IMG/VR virus record: IMGVR_UViG_3300032225_002228
Location: 1-56,648 of that record
Length of the DNA: 56,648 bases
Source of the DNA: a virus
Lineage: Duplodnaviria; Caudoviricetes
Reading direction: 5' to 3' (one strand)
Positions 39,764 through 48,262 of this stretch are shown in pieces. The position numbers were made by a program, and so were the translations under genes. Every line of letters begins with the position of its first letter. The stretch's first letter is position 1. Below the pieces are notes generated by a model that saw only the letters and a program-made list of their open reading frames with translations, did no database searches and was not told the origin of the DNA.

Positions 39764-40907
39764 ATTGAGAATTGGAATGCTTAGCGCCGACTGGGGAGAT
39801 TACGCTACAAGTAATCCCGGAGGTTGCACATGGATCAGATTCTTTGGTCCCGGTCAAGCACTAATAAATATGGGGCATCAAGTTTCTATCGGAGAATGTG
39901 GCTGGAAAGACGATGAAGGATTTGTCACTGTTCCAACTTACCAAAGATTGTCTCATCATGATAGAAGTTTGATTAATGTTAAAGAAGGAGATATTTACGA
40001 AGGCAATCTTGATGTTGTTATATTAAAATTATGGATGTGGGAACATGCAAACGAATACATTAAGAAAGCCAGAGACCTAGGTCAAACTGTAATAATTGAT
40101 ATTGATGATTGGTTTGACGGACTTCCAACAACCAACATCGCATTCTGGACGACACATCCAGATAAAGATAAAGCATGGAATAGAAATCACATGCTTAGTA
40201 CATATAATAATGTCAATGGATTAATTACTAGCACAAAATTTCTTTATGATAATTATTCAAAAAGAAATAAAAATACATACTTAGTCAGAAACTCGTTGGA
40301 CCCAAATTTTTTTGTTAAAAGATATGATTCTGCAGGAAGTAAACCAACAATTGGTTGGGTTGGAATCATGGTATGGCGTTCGGGAGATATTGAAACTTTG
40401 CAAGGATGGCTTGGGCAATTTCTCGACAAACATGATTTAAAGTTTCATCATGCGGGTCTTCTTTTAGATAATGTTAAAGAATTTGCTGAAGTTGCCAAGA
40501 TAGACCCAGAGAGGCTTCAAGGAACAACAGGATGTTCTCCTCAATATTATGGTAACATCTTGCTGCCATTTGATATTGGAATTGTTCCATTAAACACAAT
40601 GCCATTCAATGAGGCTAAAAGCAATCTAAAAGGTCTTGAATATGCAATGGCTGGAATTCCATTTGTTGCATCTAGCACTAGTGAATATAGATTGCTTGCG
40701 GAACAAGGCGCTGGAAGTGTTGCTACAAAGCCAACTGAATGGCTTAAAAAGTTGGAAAAACTTATTGACCCAGATGTTAGGCGAGAACAAGCTGAAAAAG
40801 GATACAATTTAGTTATGGAAAAATATAATATTAATAATGTCGTACACGAATGGTATAATGCTATTGAAGAAATACATTTTGCAAATGATAAAAGGAGAAA
40901 TAAATAA
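39741..40907 (+). CDS. GT-B fold glycosyltransferase (GT4-like)
   Basis: DIDD, IGWVG, DIGIVPL...FNEAKSNLKGLEYAMAGIP. Confidence 0.85.
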   Translation: MKKRGLSKLRIGMLSADWGDYATSNPGGCTWIRFFGPGQALINMGHQVSIGECGWKDDEGFVTVPTYQRLSHHDRSLINVKEGDIYEGNLDVVILKLWMWEHANEYIKKARDLGQTVIIDIDDWFDGLPTTNIAFWTTHPDKDKAWNRNHMLSTYNNVNGLITSTKFLYDNYSKRNKNTYLVRNSLDPNFFVKRYDSAGSKPTIGWVGIMVWRSGDIETLQGWLGQFLDKHDLKFHHAGLLLDNVKEFAEVAKIDPERLQGTTGCSPQYYGNILLPFDIGIVPLNTMPFNEAKSNLKGLEYAMAGIPFVASSTSEYRLLAEQGAGSVATKPTEWLKKLEKLIDPDVRREQAEKGYNLVMEKYNINNVVHEWYNAIEEIHFANDKRRNK

Positions 40908-41038
40908 TGGGAAAACATCACGATAAGGTATTAAAAGCCTTAGAAATTCGAATTAAAAATACCCCTGCAGGAGCAGGATTTAACAAACCGGGAAGCATGA
41001 ATAAGCGCAAGACTGGATATTCAAGACGCGGAAGATAG
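40907..41038 (+). CDS. 43-aa basic protein (not in ORF track)
   Basis: AGGAG RBS; MGKHHDK...KPGSMNKRKTG. Confidence 0.55.
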   Translation: MGKHHDKVLKALEIRIKNTPAGAGFNKPGSMNKRKTGYSRRGR

Positions 41039-41053
41039 TAGTATAATAGTCTA

Positions 41054-41337
41054 GGGGATGATCGGTTTCGACTTTTTTGGATGTAATTGCGAGGCAGTTC
41101 AAGTTGTAGAACTTGTAAAAACTATAAAAAAAATAACTATCACAATTAGTGAAAACAAGCTCCGTTCTTTGCTCTCCAACTCATTTGTTGCAGCATAACG
41201 GTTGAGCGGCAACTGCTTAGAAACAGAAAGTTGCGTAAAAAAACAAAAAACAGTATAATGTAATAAACGCTAGTGCATAACTGTAACTTTGCAATTATTG
41301 AATAAAATGGACGCGGGTTCGATTCCCGCCATCTCCA
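41054..41337 (+). ncRNA. ssrA: tmRNA
   Basis: 5' GGGGATGATCGGTTTCGAC; 3' GACGCGGGTTCGATTCCCGCCATCTCCA; tag frame 41139-41198 ends FVAA*; TATAAT just upstream. Confidence 0.92.
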
Positions 41338-41351
41338 CAAAAGGAATTAAT

Positions 41352-41663
41352 ATGGAAAATGAAGAACATGAAAAAGAAATTGAAATGCAGCAGCACCTTA
41401 TTGACGAAGGTGTTTTAGAAATATATGGAATGTCAGAAGATGGTGAACCTGTATACAGGATGAATTTAATTAAATTAAAAAAAAGTTTTCCACCATTATA
41501 CAACGAAATAATTGAAGAAATGGATAAAGACCTTATGAATCTTTATGAACAAGGGCTAGTTGATGTTTCATATGATGAAAATTTAGATGCAACATTTAGT
41601 TTAACTCCTGAAGCGCATGAATATTTAAGATCAGTTGGCTATGATTTACCCGATTTAGAATAA
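41352..41663 (+). CDS. Acidic hypothetical protein (winged-helix-like)
   Basis: AAGGA RBS; start moved to 41352, outside the tmRNA. Confidence 0.7.
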   Translation: MENEEHEKEIEMQQHLIDEGVLEIYGMSEDGEPVYRMNLIKLKKSFPPLYNEIIEEMDKDLMNLYEQGLVDVSYDENLDATFSLTPEAHEYLRSVGYDLPDLE

Positions 41664-41672
41664 GGAGTGGTT

Positions 41673-41819
41673 ATGAATAATTTTATTTTTTACTTCTTTC
41701 TTTGGCTATCATTAATTGTAGGATTTTGTATTGCCTCATCAATGGCTGCCGGAAGAATGCAAGACTACTGGAGAAAAGGATATGAAGCGGGAAAGCAAAG
41801 CAAGAATGATATTGAGTAA
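41673..41819 (+). CDS. 48-aa single-TM protein (not in ORF track)
   Basis: AAGGAG RBS; hydrophobic N-terminus then GY..G. Confidence 0.55.
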   Translation: MNNFIFYFFLWLSLIVGFCIASSMAAGRMQDYWRKGYEAGKQSKNDIE

Positions 41820-41934
41820 AATTTTTATTTATTGTGAAGATAAAACTCATTCTTCATGCCCCGGAAAAGATAAAGATGGCAAAATTACAGTAGTATGTGT
41901 TTGTGAATGCCATTCTATGCGCAAAATTAAATGA
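41806..41934 (+). CDS. CxCxCH microprotein
   Basis: C....H..C...CVCECH. Confidence 0.5.
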   Translation: MILSKIFIYCEDKTHSSCPGKDKDGKITVVCVCECHSMRKIK

Positions 41935-42094
41935 AATAAGGTATAATAATGATAAGATGTTCTTATTGTTTTAACAATAAGGCAATCTACAGGATTGCAG
42001 TGGACACAAAAGTGTCCGGCGAGGAATGTAATCTTGAAATGAAGGTATGCATAAATTGCATACCTATCAATAAATATATAAAAAAGGAGTATGA

Positions 42095-42385
42095 ATGTCT
42101 GTAAAACCATTAGGCAAGTTTATTCTTGCCACCCCTGTCGAAGAAGAAAATAATCAAACTAAGTCTGGATTGTACATCACTCTAGAAACGGATGATAAAT
42201 TGCCAGAAGCTATCGTTGTTGAAATTGGAGACGGTTTCTTTGGTCCAGATGGAACAAAGCATGCCATTCCAGTTGATAAGGGTGACAAGATTGTCTACAT
42301 TAAAGGTCATAAGACTGATTACGAAAATAACGGTGAAAAATTTGTTTTCATAAGTGCAGAATCAATTATCGCTGTAATAAAATAA
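42095..42385 (+). CDS. groES: GroES-like co-chaperonin
   Basis: KPLG, TKSGLYI, VVEIGDG, VDKGDKIVY, IIAVI. Confidence 0.88.
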   Translation: MSVKPLGKFILATPVEEENNQTKSGLYITLETDDKLPEAIVVEIGDGFFGPDGTKHAIPVDKGDKIVYIKGHKTDYENNGEKFVFISAESIIAVIK

Positions 42386-42409
42386 AAAAGGAAAGAGGTG
42401 AATTAATAT

Positions 42410-42712
42410 ATGGATAACAATCAACAGGACATGACACCAGTTCAACCAGCAGTATCTGACAAGATTACCCCAGCCAATCAGGTTGGTCCAATCAATTCAG
42501 ATACCTATGATCTAAACACCCGCCCACTTTGGGATAGAGGTTATGACATAACTAACCTTGGCATTCATGAGCCAACAACAATGGCAGGAGCAGCAGTTGC
42601 GAACCCATTAACTGGAGCAAATGTTTCAATGACAACAGGACAGCCTTACGGCGGTCCAATCGTCACAACAGAAATAGAGCCTAATGTACGCCGCGAAGCA
42701 GGTCCATACTAA
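42410..42712 (+). CDS. Hypothetical low-complexity protein
   Basis: GAGGTG RBS. Confidence 0.65.
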   Translation: MDNNQQDMTPVQPAVSDKITPANQVGPINSDTYDLNTRPLWDRGYDITNLGIHEPTTMAGAAVANPLTGANVSMTTGQPYGGPIVTTEIEPNVRREAGPY

Positions 42713-42715
42713 GAT

Positions 42716-43555
42716 ATGGAATATCGTCAAGGTTCTTTGTCACCATTTCAAACTTCTTCAAGTAATCATGAAGAACAGAGTGACAATTACACAGAATATT
42801 ATGTGAAAGGTGGTGAAAAAATGGAAAATAAAACACTTGATGTTAATACTTCTACTACTGTAAACACAGGGTATGACGTAAACGCTTCAACAGAGCCGGA
42901 CCCACAAAGTCAAATTGCAATGCAAAAGGGCGCAGTAGCAGGTGGAACCTATACAAAACCTGCAGAAGTTTTAGGTGAAGGTACTTACAGCACAACAGCT
43001 AATTCAAGAAATAGCGAGCCAGTTGCTGGAGATACAACAGAACCTTCAGAAATTCATAAGGTCGCAGGTTGCTGCGACAATTCTTGTGGACATTGCGAAG
43101 GTCCCGGATGTGGATGTTGTGCCGATTGTCAAAAAATGGAAAAAGCTGCAGGAATTGCTTGCCCATCATGCGGTGGAGATTCTTGCCCTAGTTGCAATAA
43201 ATCAATGCAATTGTGCAATTGTGCAGGCATGACAAAAGCTACCGATCAACAGGATGAAGAACCAGATGCTGATGAAGATGATATTCAAAAGAAAGAATTT
43301 TCAACAGCCCGCCGTAAACAACTCGCAAGAGAAGGCAAGGCAATGGGAGATGGTTCATATCCAATTGAAAACACAAATGATTTAAAGAACGCAATTCGTT
43401 CTTGGGGTCGTGGAGGTGCTGACGCAAAGGTAAAGGCTCACATTATTAGTAGAGCAAAAACCCTTGGAGCATCGGATCTTATTCCAGCTGACTGGAAAAA
43501 AGAAATAACAAAATCTGTATGGGGCGGTCTTTTTGTCCCACAAGACAATTTATAA
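42716..43555 (+). CDS. Modular protein with metallothionein-like Cys cluster and C-terminal DGSYPI domain
   Basis: CCDNSCGHCEGPGCGCCADC...CPSCGGDSCPSC; AMGDGSYPIENTNDLKNAI. Confidence 0.65.
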   Translation: MEYRQGSLSPFQTSSSNHEEQSDNYTEYYVKGGEKMENKTLDVNTSTTVNTGYDVNASTEPDPQSQIAMQKGAVAGGTYTKPAEVLGEGTYSTTANSRNSEPVAGDTTEPSEIHKVAGCCDNSCGHCEGPGCGCCADCQKMEKAAGIACPSCGGDSCPSCNKSMQLCNCAGMTKATDQQDEEPDADEDDIQKKEFSTARRKQLAREGKAMGDGSYPIENTNDLKNAIRSWGRGGADAKVKAHIISRAKTLGASDLIPADWKKEITKSVWGGLFVPQDNL

Positions 43556-43629
43556 AATACATTTGAGAAATGTGAGATCTCACACAACAACGGTCATTGA
43601 CCGTTGTTTGTGTTTTACAAGGAGGAATT

Positions 43630-44028
43630 ATGAAAGTACTAGTTATTGGAAGTAGAAAATGGAATGACTATTTAGAAATCATGCGTAATCTTACACTTGT
43701 TATTGAGGATATTAACCATTATTATCCGGAAGAGAAAAGAGTTGTTTTTGTTCACACCGCTCAACAAGGTGCTGAAAATATGGTAACTGAATATGTCGGC
43801 AAAGTTGAAAAATTTATGCGACAAAAAGGTTATGCAATTAAAGAAGAAATAGTAAGACTTCCCGCAGGTCAATTTGATTCAAAATCAAAAATTCAGCGGG
43901 ATTATGAAATGATGAATTCAGATATCAGTTACGCTATTATATTTAATGACGGGACTTGCAAAAGGTCAGAGTATTGTGCTAGAATACTTAAAGAGCTAGA
44001 TGTTCCTACTAGAGTAATCAAGGGGTAA
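43630..44028 (+). CDS. SLOG-family (YspA/DUF2493-like) protein
   Basis: MKVLVIGSRKW; GAE; GGAGG RBS. Confidence 0.65.
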   Translation: MKVLVIGSRKWNDYLEIMRNLTLVIEDINHYYPEEKRVVFVHTAQQGAENMVTEYVGKVEKFMRQKGYAIKEEIVRLPAGQFDSKSKIQRDYEMMNSDISYAIIFNDGTCKRSEYCARILKELDVPTRVIKG

Positions 44029-44029
44029 T

Positions 44030-44401
44030 ATGTCAAAGGAGTCTGATTCGCGTTTGTCCAATAGGGACAAACAATATCTGAAGCTGGCTTGCAACGCTGC
44101 AATGTCTTCTAAAGAGCGTAGAAAGCATGGAGCCGTAATAATAAAATCAAATAGGGTACTCAGCATAGGGATAAATAAATTCAGGAACCACCCTGACATT
44201 ATCCCGGAGTCTCTTATTAAAACATCTTGTTCTGTTCATGCAGAAGTTGATGCTTTGAATAAAATTAAAGATGCTAGAGGAGCTACAATCTATGTAGCAC
44301 GAATTAATAATTTTGGAAAATCCATGCTTTCCCGCCCATGCAATAATTGCTATTCTGCAATTCGTGAATCAGGCATTAAACATATTGTATATACAGACTA
44401 G
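44030..44401 (+). CDS. Cytidine/dCMP deaminase-like protein
   Basis: HAE...PCNNC Zn motif. Confidence 0.88.
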   Translation: MSKESDSRLSNRDKQYLKLACNAAMSSKERRKHGAVIIKSNRVLSIGINKFRNHPDIIPESLIKTSCSVHAEVDALNKIKDARGATIYVARINNFGKSMLSRPCNNCYSAIRESGIKHIVYTD

Positions 44402-44409
44402 GAGCAGGG

Positions 44410-44550
44410 ATGAGCCGAAAGCCAATGGCTGTATCAGGATTCTGTAACACACAACATCACAATTTATGTAAACATGAGTTTGATTTTGGATCAGACTACA
44501 ACAACAGATATTTTACCTGTCAATGTCAATGTCACAGTAAGGGGAAGTAA
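44410..44550 (+). CDS. CxCxCH microprotein (not in ORF track)
   Basis: AGGAG RBS; SGFCNTQHHNLC...CQCQCH. Confidence 0.6.
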   Translation: MSRKPMAVSGFCNTQHHNLCKHEFDFGSDYNNRYFTCQCQCHSKGK

Positions 44551-44765
44551 TGCTATCTTTTAGATCAAAAGAACCCAATTACGCAGGAATGATGAAAGCA
44601 ATTAAAGAGATTGTAGAGGAACATCGATTATTTAAATCAGACAATCCTTTTTGTGAACTTGACAATGATAATTGTAATTGCTGCAATATTGATATCTGCT
44701 ATTGTTGCAATGTAATCTACCCTTGCAATACAATAAATATTTTAAGCAAATATGATATACTATAA
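44550..44765 (+). CDS. Cys-rich hypothetical protein
   Basis: H...C..C...YPCNT. Confidence 0.55.
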   Translation: MLSFRSKEPNYAGMMKAIKEIVEEHRLFKSDNPFCELDNDNCNCCNIDICYCCNVIYPCNTINILSKYDIL

Positions 44766-44797
44766 TAATATTGTAACTACTATAGATAGGAAACAAA

Positions 44798-45022
44798 ATG
44801 TCTAATTTGACAGAGTTAAATTATGACGAGGCTCACAAATTTGTTGAAAAAAATAAATTTCGTGGCTTTAAATGGAATGGATGGGACATAATTAAGTGGA
44901 CCAAAAATTCAAATGGATACTTTCAGACTAATGGTAAGTTTTCTGACAATGAATGGGGATATGAAACAAGAATCCCATTAACTGAAAACGGCACATGGAA
45001 AGTTCTTACCAAATATGTCTGA
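44798..45022 (+). CDS. Trp-rich hypothetical protein
   Basis: AGGA RBS; TGATATACT at 44753-44761. Confidence 0.7.
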   Translation: MSNLTELNYDEAHKFVEKNKFRGFKWNGWDIIKWTKNSNGYFQTNGKFSDNEWGYETRIPLTENGTWKVLTKYV

Positions 45023-45341
45023 TGAAATTATTAAACATTTAGGCATTCCCAAAGAGGACTTAAAATGGTATCACTTTGCATCATGTAAAAACATGCCTTT
45101 AAATTGGTTTTTTGATGATTATGAAAATGATTCCGGAACAGCCAAGCAAGTTGATGAAATTTGCCTTGGTTGTCCTGTAGCAAAAATTTGTTTGTCTGAA
45201 GCATTAGAAAAAAAAGAAAAATTTGGCGTGTGGGGCGGAATTTATTTAAGTTACGGGAAAGCCAACAAGCAATTAAACAAGCATAAAAGTGCTGAGACTT
45301 GGAAGGCGTTGAAAAAAATACATGGCAAGAGTGTTGTATAA
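45015..45341 (+). CDS. whiB: WhiB-family Fe-S transcription factor
   Basis: W...ASC...FF...CxxCPV...C, GVWGG. Confidence 0.92.
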   Translation: MSDEIIKHLGIPKEDLKWYHFASCKNMPLNWFFDDYENDSGTAKQVDEICLGCPVAKICLSEALEKKEKFGVWGGIYLSYGKANKQLNKHKSAETWKALKKIHGKSVV

Positions 45342-45597
45342 CTATAAAATTGCTAAAGCCATCAGGGAGGTAAAATGCCCTGTAAAAGATTTGCAATTAG
45401 ATATTATGTTACGTCCAAATTATCTTGCGCTTGTTGTCTATGAAGACAATGTTATGCAATACAATTTATTAAAAACAGAAGAGATTATGGCATATTTATT
45501 TTTATTAAAAAATATTGTCGAATCATTCGGCGGGGCTTGTGAAATTGAAGGATTTAGAACCCGCCCAAAGGAAGGATTTATAGGTAAACCAATATGA
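45322..45597 (+). CDS. Hypothetical protein
   Basis: ORF tiling. Confidence 0.65.
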   Translation: MARVLYNYKIAKAIREVKCPVKDLQLDIMLRPNYLALVVYEDNVMQYNLLKTEEIMAYLFLLKNIVESFGGACEIEGFRTRPKEGFIGKPI

Positions 45598-45827
45598 TGC
45601 AATGTTTTTCTTGTAAAAAGAATAAAAATCAACTTTTACCCAAAAAGTCTGATATCATAGAAACAATTACAAACTATTTATGTCAGTCATGTATTGATTT
45701 AAAGCATGAACCCCGCTGGCTGATAGTTTTAGCTGGAAGATCAATAGGAACAGATGCTGTGCGAGATTATATAGTCAAGCGCAGATATGCTGGCTCTGAA
45801 ATTACTGCGCAAGAACTAATTCCATAA
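45594..45827 (+). CDS. Zn-binding hypothetical protein
   Basis: CxxC...CxxC, HEPRW. Confidence 0.7.
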   Translation: MMQCFSCKKNKNQLLPKKSDIIETITNYLCQSCIDLKHEPRWLIVLAGRSIGTDAVRDYIVKRRYAGSEITAQELIP

Positions 45828-45842
45828 TTAAATAGGAGTATT

Positions 45843-46139
45843 ATGTTAAAGTTAACAAATAACATGGCAGAGGTTGCTTTAAGTGATAAAAGTGTTGTAG
45901 CCTTTACTGCTGAATGGTGTCAACCATGTAAACAATTAAAGCCACATTTTGCCAAGGCGGCGGTGTTGGATAAAAACAATGATTATTTTGTTGTTGACGT
46001 GGATAAGATTGACAATAAATATATTGAACAGTATAATATTAAAGGCATTCCTGCTATATTCGTAATGTCAAATAATGAAGTAGTTCGTAATGTTTCTGCA
46101 AGAACCACAGAATCAATCATAGAAGAGGTTGCACAATGA
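45843..46139 (+). CDS. Thioredoxin
   Basis: FTAEWCQPCK, VDVD, GIP. Confidence 0.9.
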   Translation: MLKLTNNMAEVALSDKSVVAFTAEWCQPCKQLKPHFAKAAVLDKNNDYFVVDVDKIDNKYIEQYNIKGIPAIFVMSNNEVVRNVSARTTESIIEEVAQ

Positions 46140-46339
46140 ATAAATGGGAAAAGATTGGTAAATTTGTCGGAATTGTCGTAATTACCGGAATTAACGCATA
46201 TGTCTTTATTGACTTAATTCGTAACATTAGAGCCGATAAATCAATAGTGTCAGACCTATGTGCTATATTTGCTATAGCAGCATGGCAAAACACAATAAAA
46301 TTGTCCATCAAATGTCAAAAGAGTAGAACCCTAACATAA
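46136..46339 (+). CDS. Small membrane protein
   Basis: GAGG RBS, hydrophobic segments. Confidence 0.45.
   Translation: MNKWEKIGKFVGIVVITGINAYVFIDLIRNIRADKSIVSDLCAIFAIAAWQNTIKLSIKCQKSRTLT
46248..46269 (+). promoter_or_regulatory. TGTCAG-box promoter, only + strand copy: TGTCAGACCTATGTGCTATATT
   Basis: Matches the 22-bp consensus; about 80 nt upstream of the HslV-like gene. Confidence 0.65.
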
Positions 46340-46350
46340 GGAGAATCAGC

Positions 46351-46905
46351 ATGACATGTATTGCCGCAGTAAAACACAACAACAAAGTTTACCTCGGCGG
46401 GGATAGTGCATTGGTAGACCTGAATAACGGTAATAAGGTCAAATTAAATTCTCCTAAAGTATTTAGGTGCTACGAATATATTATAGGCTACGCAGGAAGT
46501 GCTAGAATGGGGCAATTGCTTCAAAATTACTTTGAGCCTACAGACCCACCTGACAATCCAGAGGAATTAGAATTTCACATGGTCACAACATTTATTGATG
46601 AGTTGAGAGCGGTGGCAGAAGAAAAAGCCTTACGACTAGATGCGAGCGATGAGCAGGTGAATGATTTTGCTCAGATTATAGTCGGAGTAAATGGAAGAAT
46701 CTTTGTTATTGAAGAAGATTGGCAAGCCTCTGAATGGGCATACGATTACGCTGCAATTGGGTCAGGATGTTCTGCAGCATTAGGCTCCTTATACACAACG
46801 CATAAGTTGGGCGTAGATCCGGAAATCCGCGTAAAATATGCTCTTATGGCAGCAACAGAACATACCTTAACAGTATCAGAACCATATCATATGGTAATTA
46901 AATAA
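46351..46905 (+). CDS. HslV/proteasome-beta-like Ntn protease
   Basis: N-terminal Thr (MTCI), GGDS, K, GYAGS, AIGSG..ALG. Confidence 0.8.
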   Translation: MTCIAAVKHNNKVYLGGDSALVDLNNGNKVKLNSPKVFRCYEYIIGYAGSARMGQLLQNYFEPTDPPDNPEELEFHMVTTFIDELRAVAEEKALRLDASDEQVNDFAQIIVGVNGRIFVIEEDWQASEWAYDYAAIGSGCSAALGSLYTTHKLGVDPEIRVKYALMAATEHTLTVSEPYHMVIK

Positions 46906-46943
46906 GTTACAGTAGTAACTTAAATTATATAAGGAGATATAAA

Positions 46944-47174
46944 ATGGCTGAAGTACCCGTTAGTAATGATGAACTAGAAGATATTGTCTCAGTTGTCGCA
47001 CATGAATTGTACTCAAAATGGGCTGTAGATGATAGATTTACAGAAGAACAAATAGAAGAATTTGCCGGGTATGCGGTAGAAGATACACTATTTGTTATTG
47101 GAATTTATATGGAAAAGGTTAACGAATTAATGGCAGAAAAACAAAAATTGTCTTTGCTCAATAATTTATCATAA
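46944..47174 (+). CDS. Hypothetical protein
   Basis: AAGGAG RBS. Confidence 0.7.
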   Translation: MAEVPVSNDELEDIVSVVAHELYSKWAVDDRFTEEQIEEFAGYAVEDTLFVIGIYMEKVNELMAEKQKLSLLNNLS

Positions 47175-47257
47175 CAATTCATCAATTGTTACTTAATCAA
47201 TGATAAAATAGTAATAAGCCACAGTCATTATTGGCTGTGGCTATAACTATAAAGAGG

Positions 47258-47617
47258 GTGATTGACATCAAGTTATTCCGCATAATAGATAAGAAAGTAG
47301 AAGTACTTTCTGATTTAGCATCGGAATGGTCTGGCAAACCTCTATTCCTCTTCCTTCATCTAATTTGGTGGGGTATATGGATCGGACTAGGAGTTGAGCC
47401 ATATCCATTTGGAATGCTCACACTAATCGTATCGCTTGAAGCCATTTGCTTGTCAGGGTTGATTTTATCAAGCCAAAATAGACAAAGAGCATATGACATA
47501 AAACTGTTGAAACAGACGCGCAATGCGTCAGCTGATACAGAAAATGCCGTAGAAGACATATATGAGGAAATACAAGACATTAGAAAAATACTTGAAGATG
47601 AGGCGGGGGATGAATAA
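47258..47617 (+). CDS. DUF1003-like membrane protein
   Basis: PYPFGMLTLIVSLEAICLSGLILSSQNRQ. Confidence 0.75.
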   Translation: MIDIKLFRIIDKKVEVLSDLASEWSGKPLFLFLHLIWWGIWIGLGVEPYPFGMLTLIVSLEAICLSGLILSSQNRQRAYDIKLLKQTRNASADTENAVEDIYEEIQDIRKILEDEAGDE

Positions 47618-47838
47618 TGATTAACATAATACTCTATATATCTATAACACTTAACATAGTATTAGGATATAAAGCATATAAAAACAAAAACATGTTACAT
47701 AAAGCCTATGACACTATAAATAGGCAATCAAACAATATTCTGACACTTACCAAGAGTATTGCTTATAAGTATTCTAAGTCTGATTTAACCTTTGAGATGC
47801 GTAGAAAACAGCTTCTTAAATCTTTAAATCGTAAATAA
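47617..47838 (+). CDS. Hypothetical protein, N-terminal TM
   Basis: Last + strand ORF. Confidence 0.55.
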   Translation: MINIILYISITLNIVLGYKAYKNKNMLHKAYDTINRQSNNILTLTKSIAYKYSKSDLTFEMRRKQLLKSLNRK

Positions 47839-47963
47839 TGTACACTGGTAAATTAAAATAAATACACTACTAATGTATAGATAATGATTTAGGTAGTATA
47901 AAATAAGACAATTCGGACATCGTAATCCGTATAAATATGGTCTAAATACAACGAAATCAGCAT

Positions 47964-48010
47964 AAAATCGGGTGAAATACTACGGAATTCGTAGCAAATA
48001 ACCCGATTTT
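47964..48010. repeat. Nested inverted repeat at the strand-switch point
   Basis: AAAATCGGGT...CTACG-GAATT-CGTAG...ACCCGATTTT. Confidence 0.7.
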
Positions 48011-48025
48011 GTGTGAAATCCCCCG

Positions 48026-48138
48026 TCAAAGTAATTTTTGATCTATTCGTAATCTATTTTTCAAAGTAAATTTGGGATGCATTCGTAATCTTTTTTTTGA
48101 TATAGACTTCAAAGTAAAAAATAGCTCTTTCGTAATCT
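48026..48138. repeat. Three direct repeats TCAAAGTAA-N11/12-TTCGTAATCT
   Basis: Copies start at 48026, 48061 and 48109. Confidence 0.8.
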
Positions 48139-48262
48139 TTTTGGGGGATGTTAATAGAACATATGGAGAACCCCCGGCTCCATGACCATTTGGAAACCGG
48201 GGGCATATCCCAACATTCGGGCGGCGGGTGAAACAACCCTAATTGCCCTTAACCAATAATGT

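Noticed and set aside
41146-41340. Minus-strand ORF MWRWRESNPRP and the extended 5' end of ORF 41289
   Set aside because: Artefacts of overlap with the tmRNA T-arm
41948-42153. Possible small CxxC ORF (MIRCSYC...) before groES
   Set aside because: No RBS and a long overlap with groES; cannot be supported, though a leaderless start after TATAAT is possible
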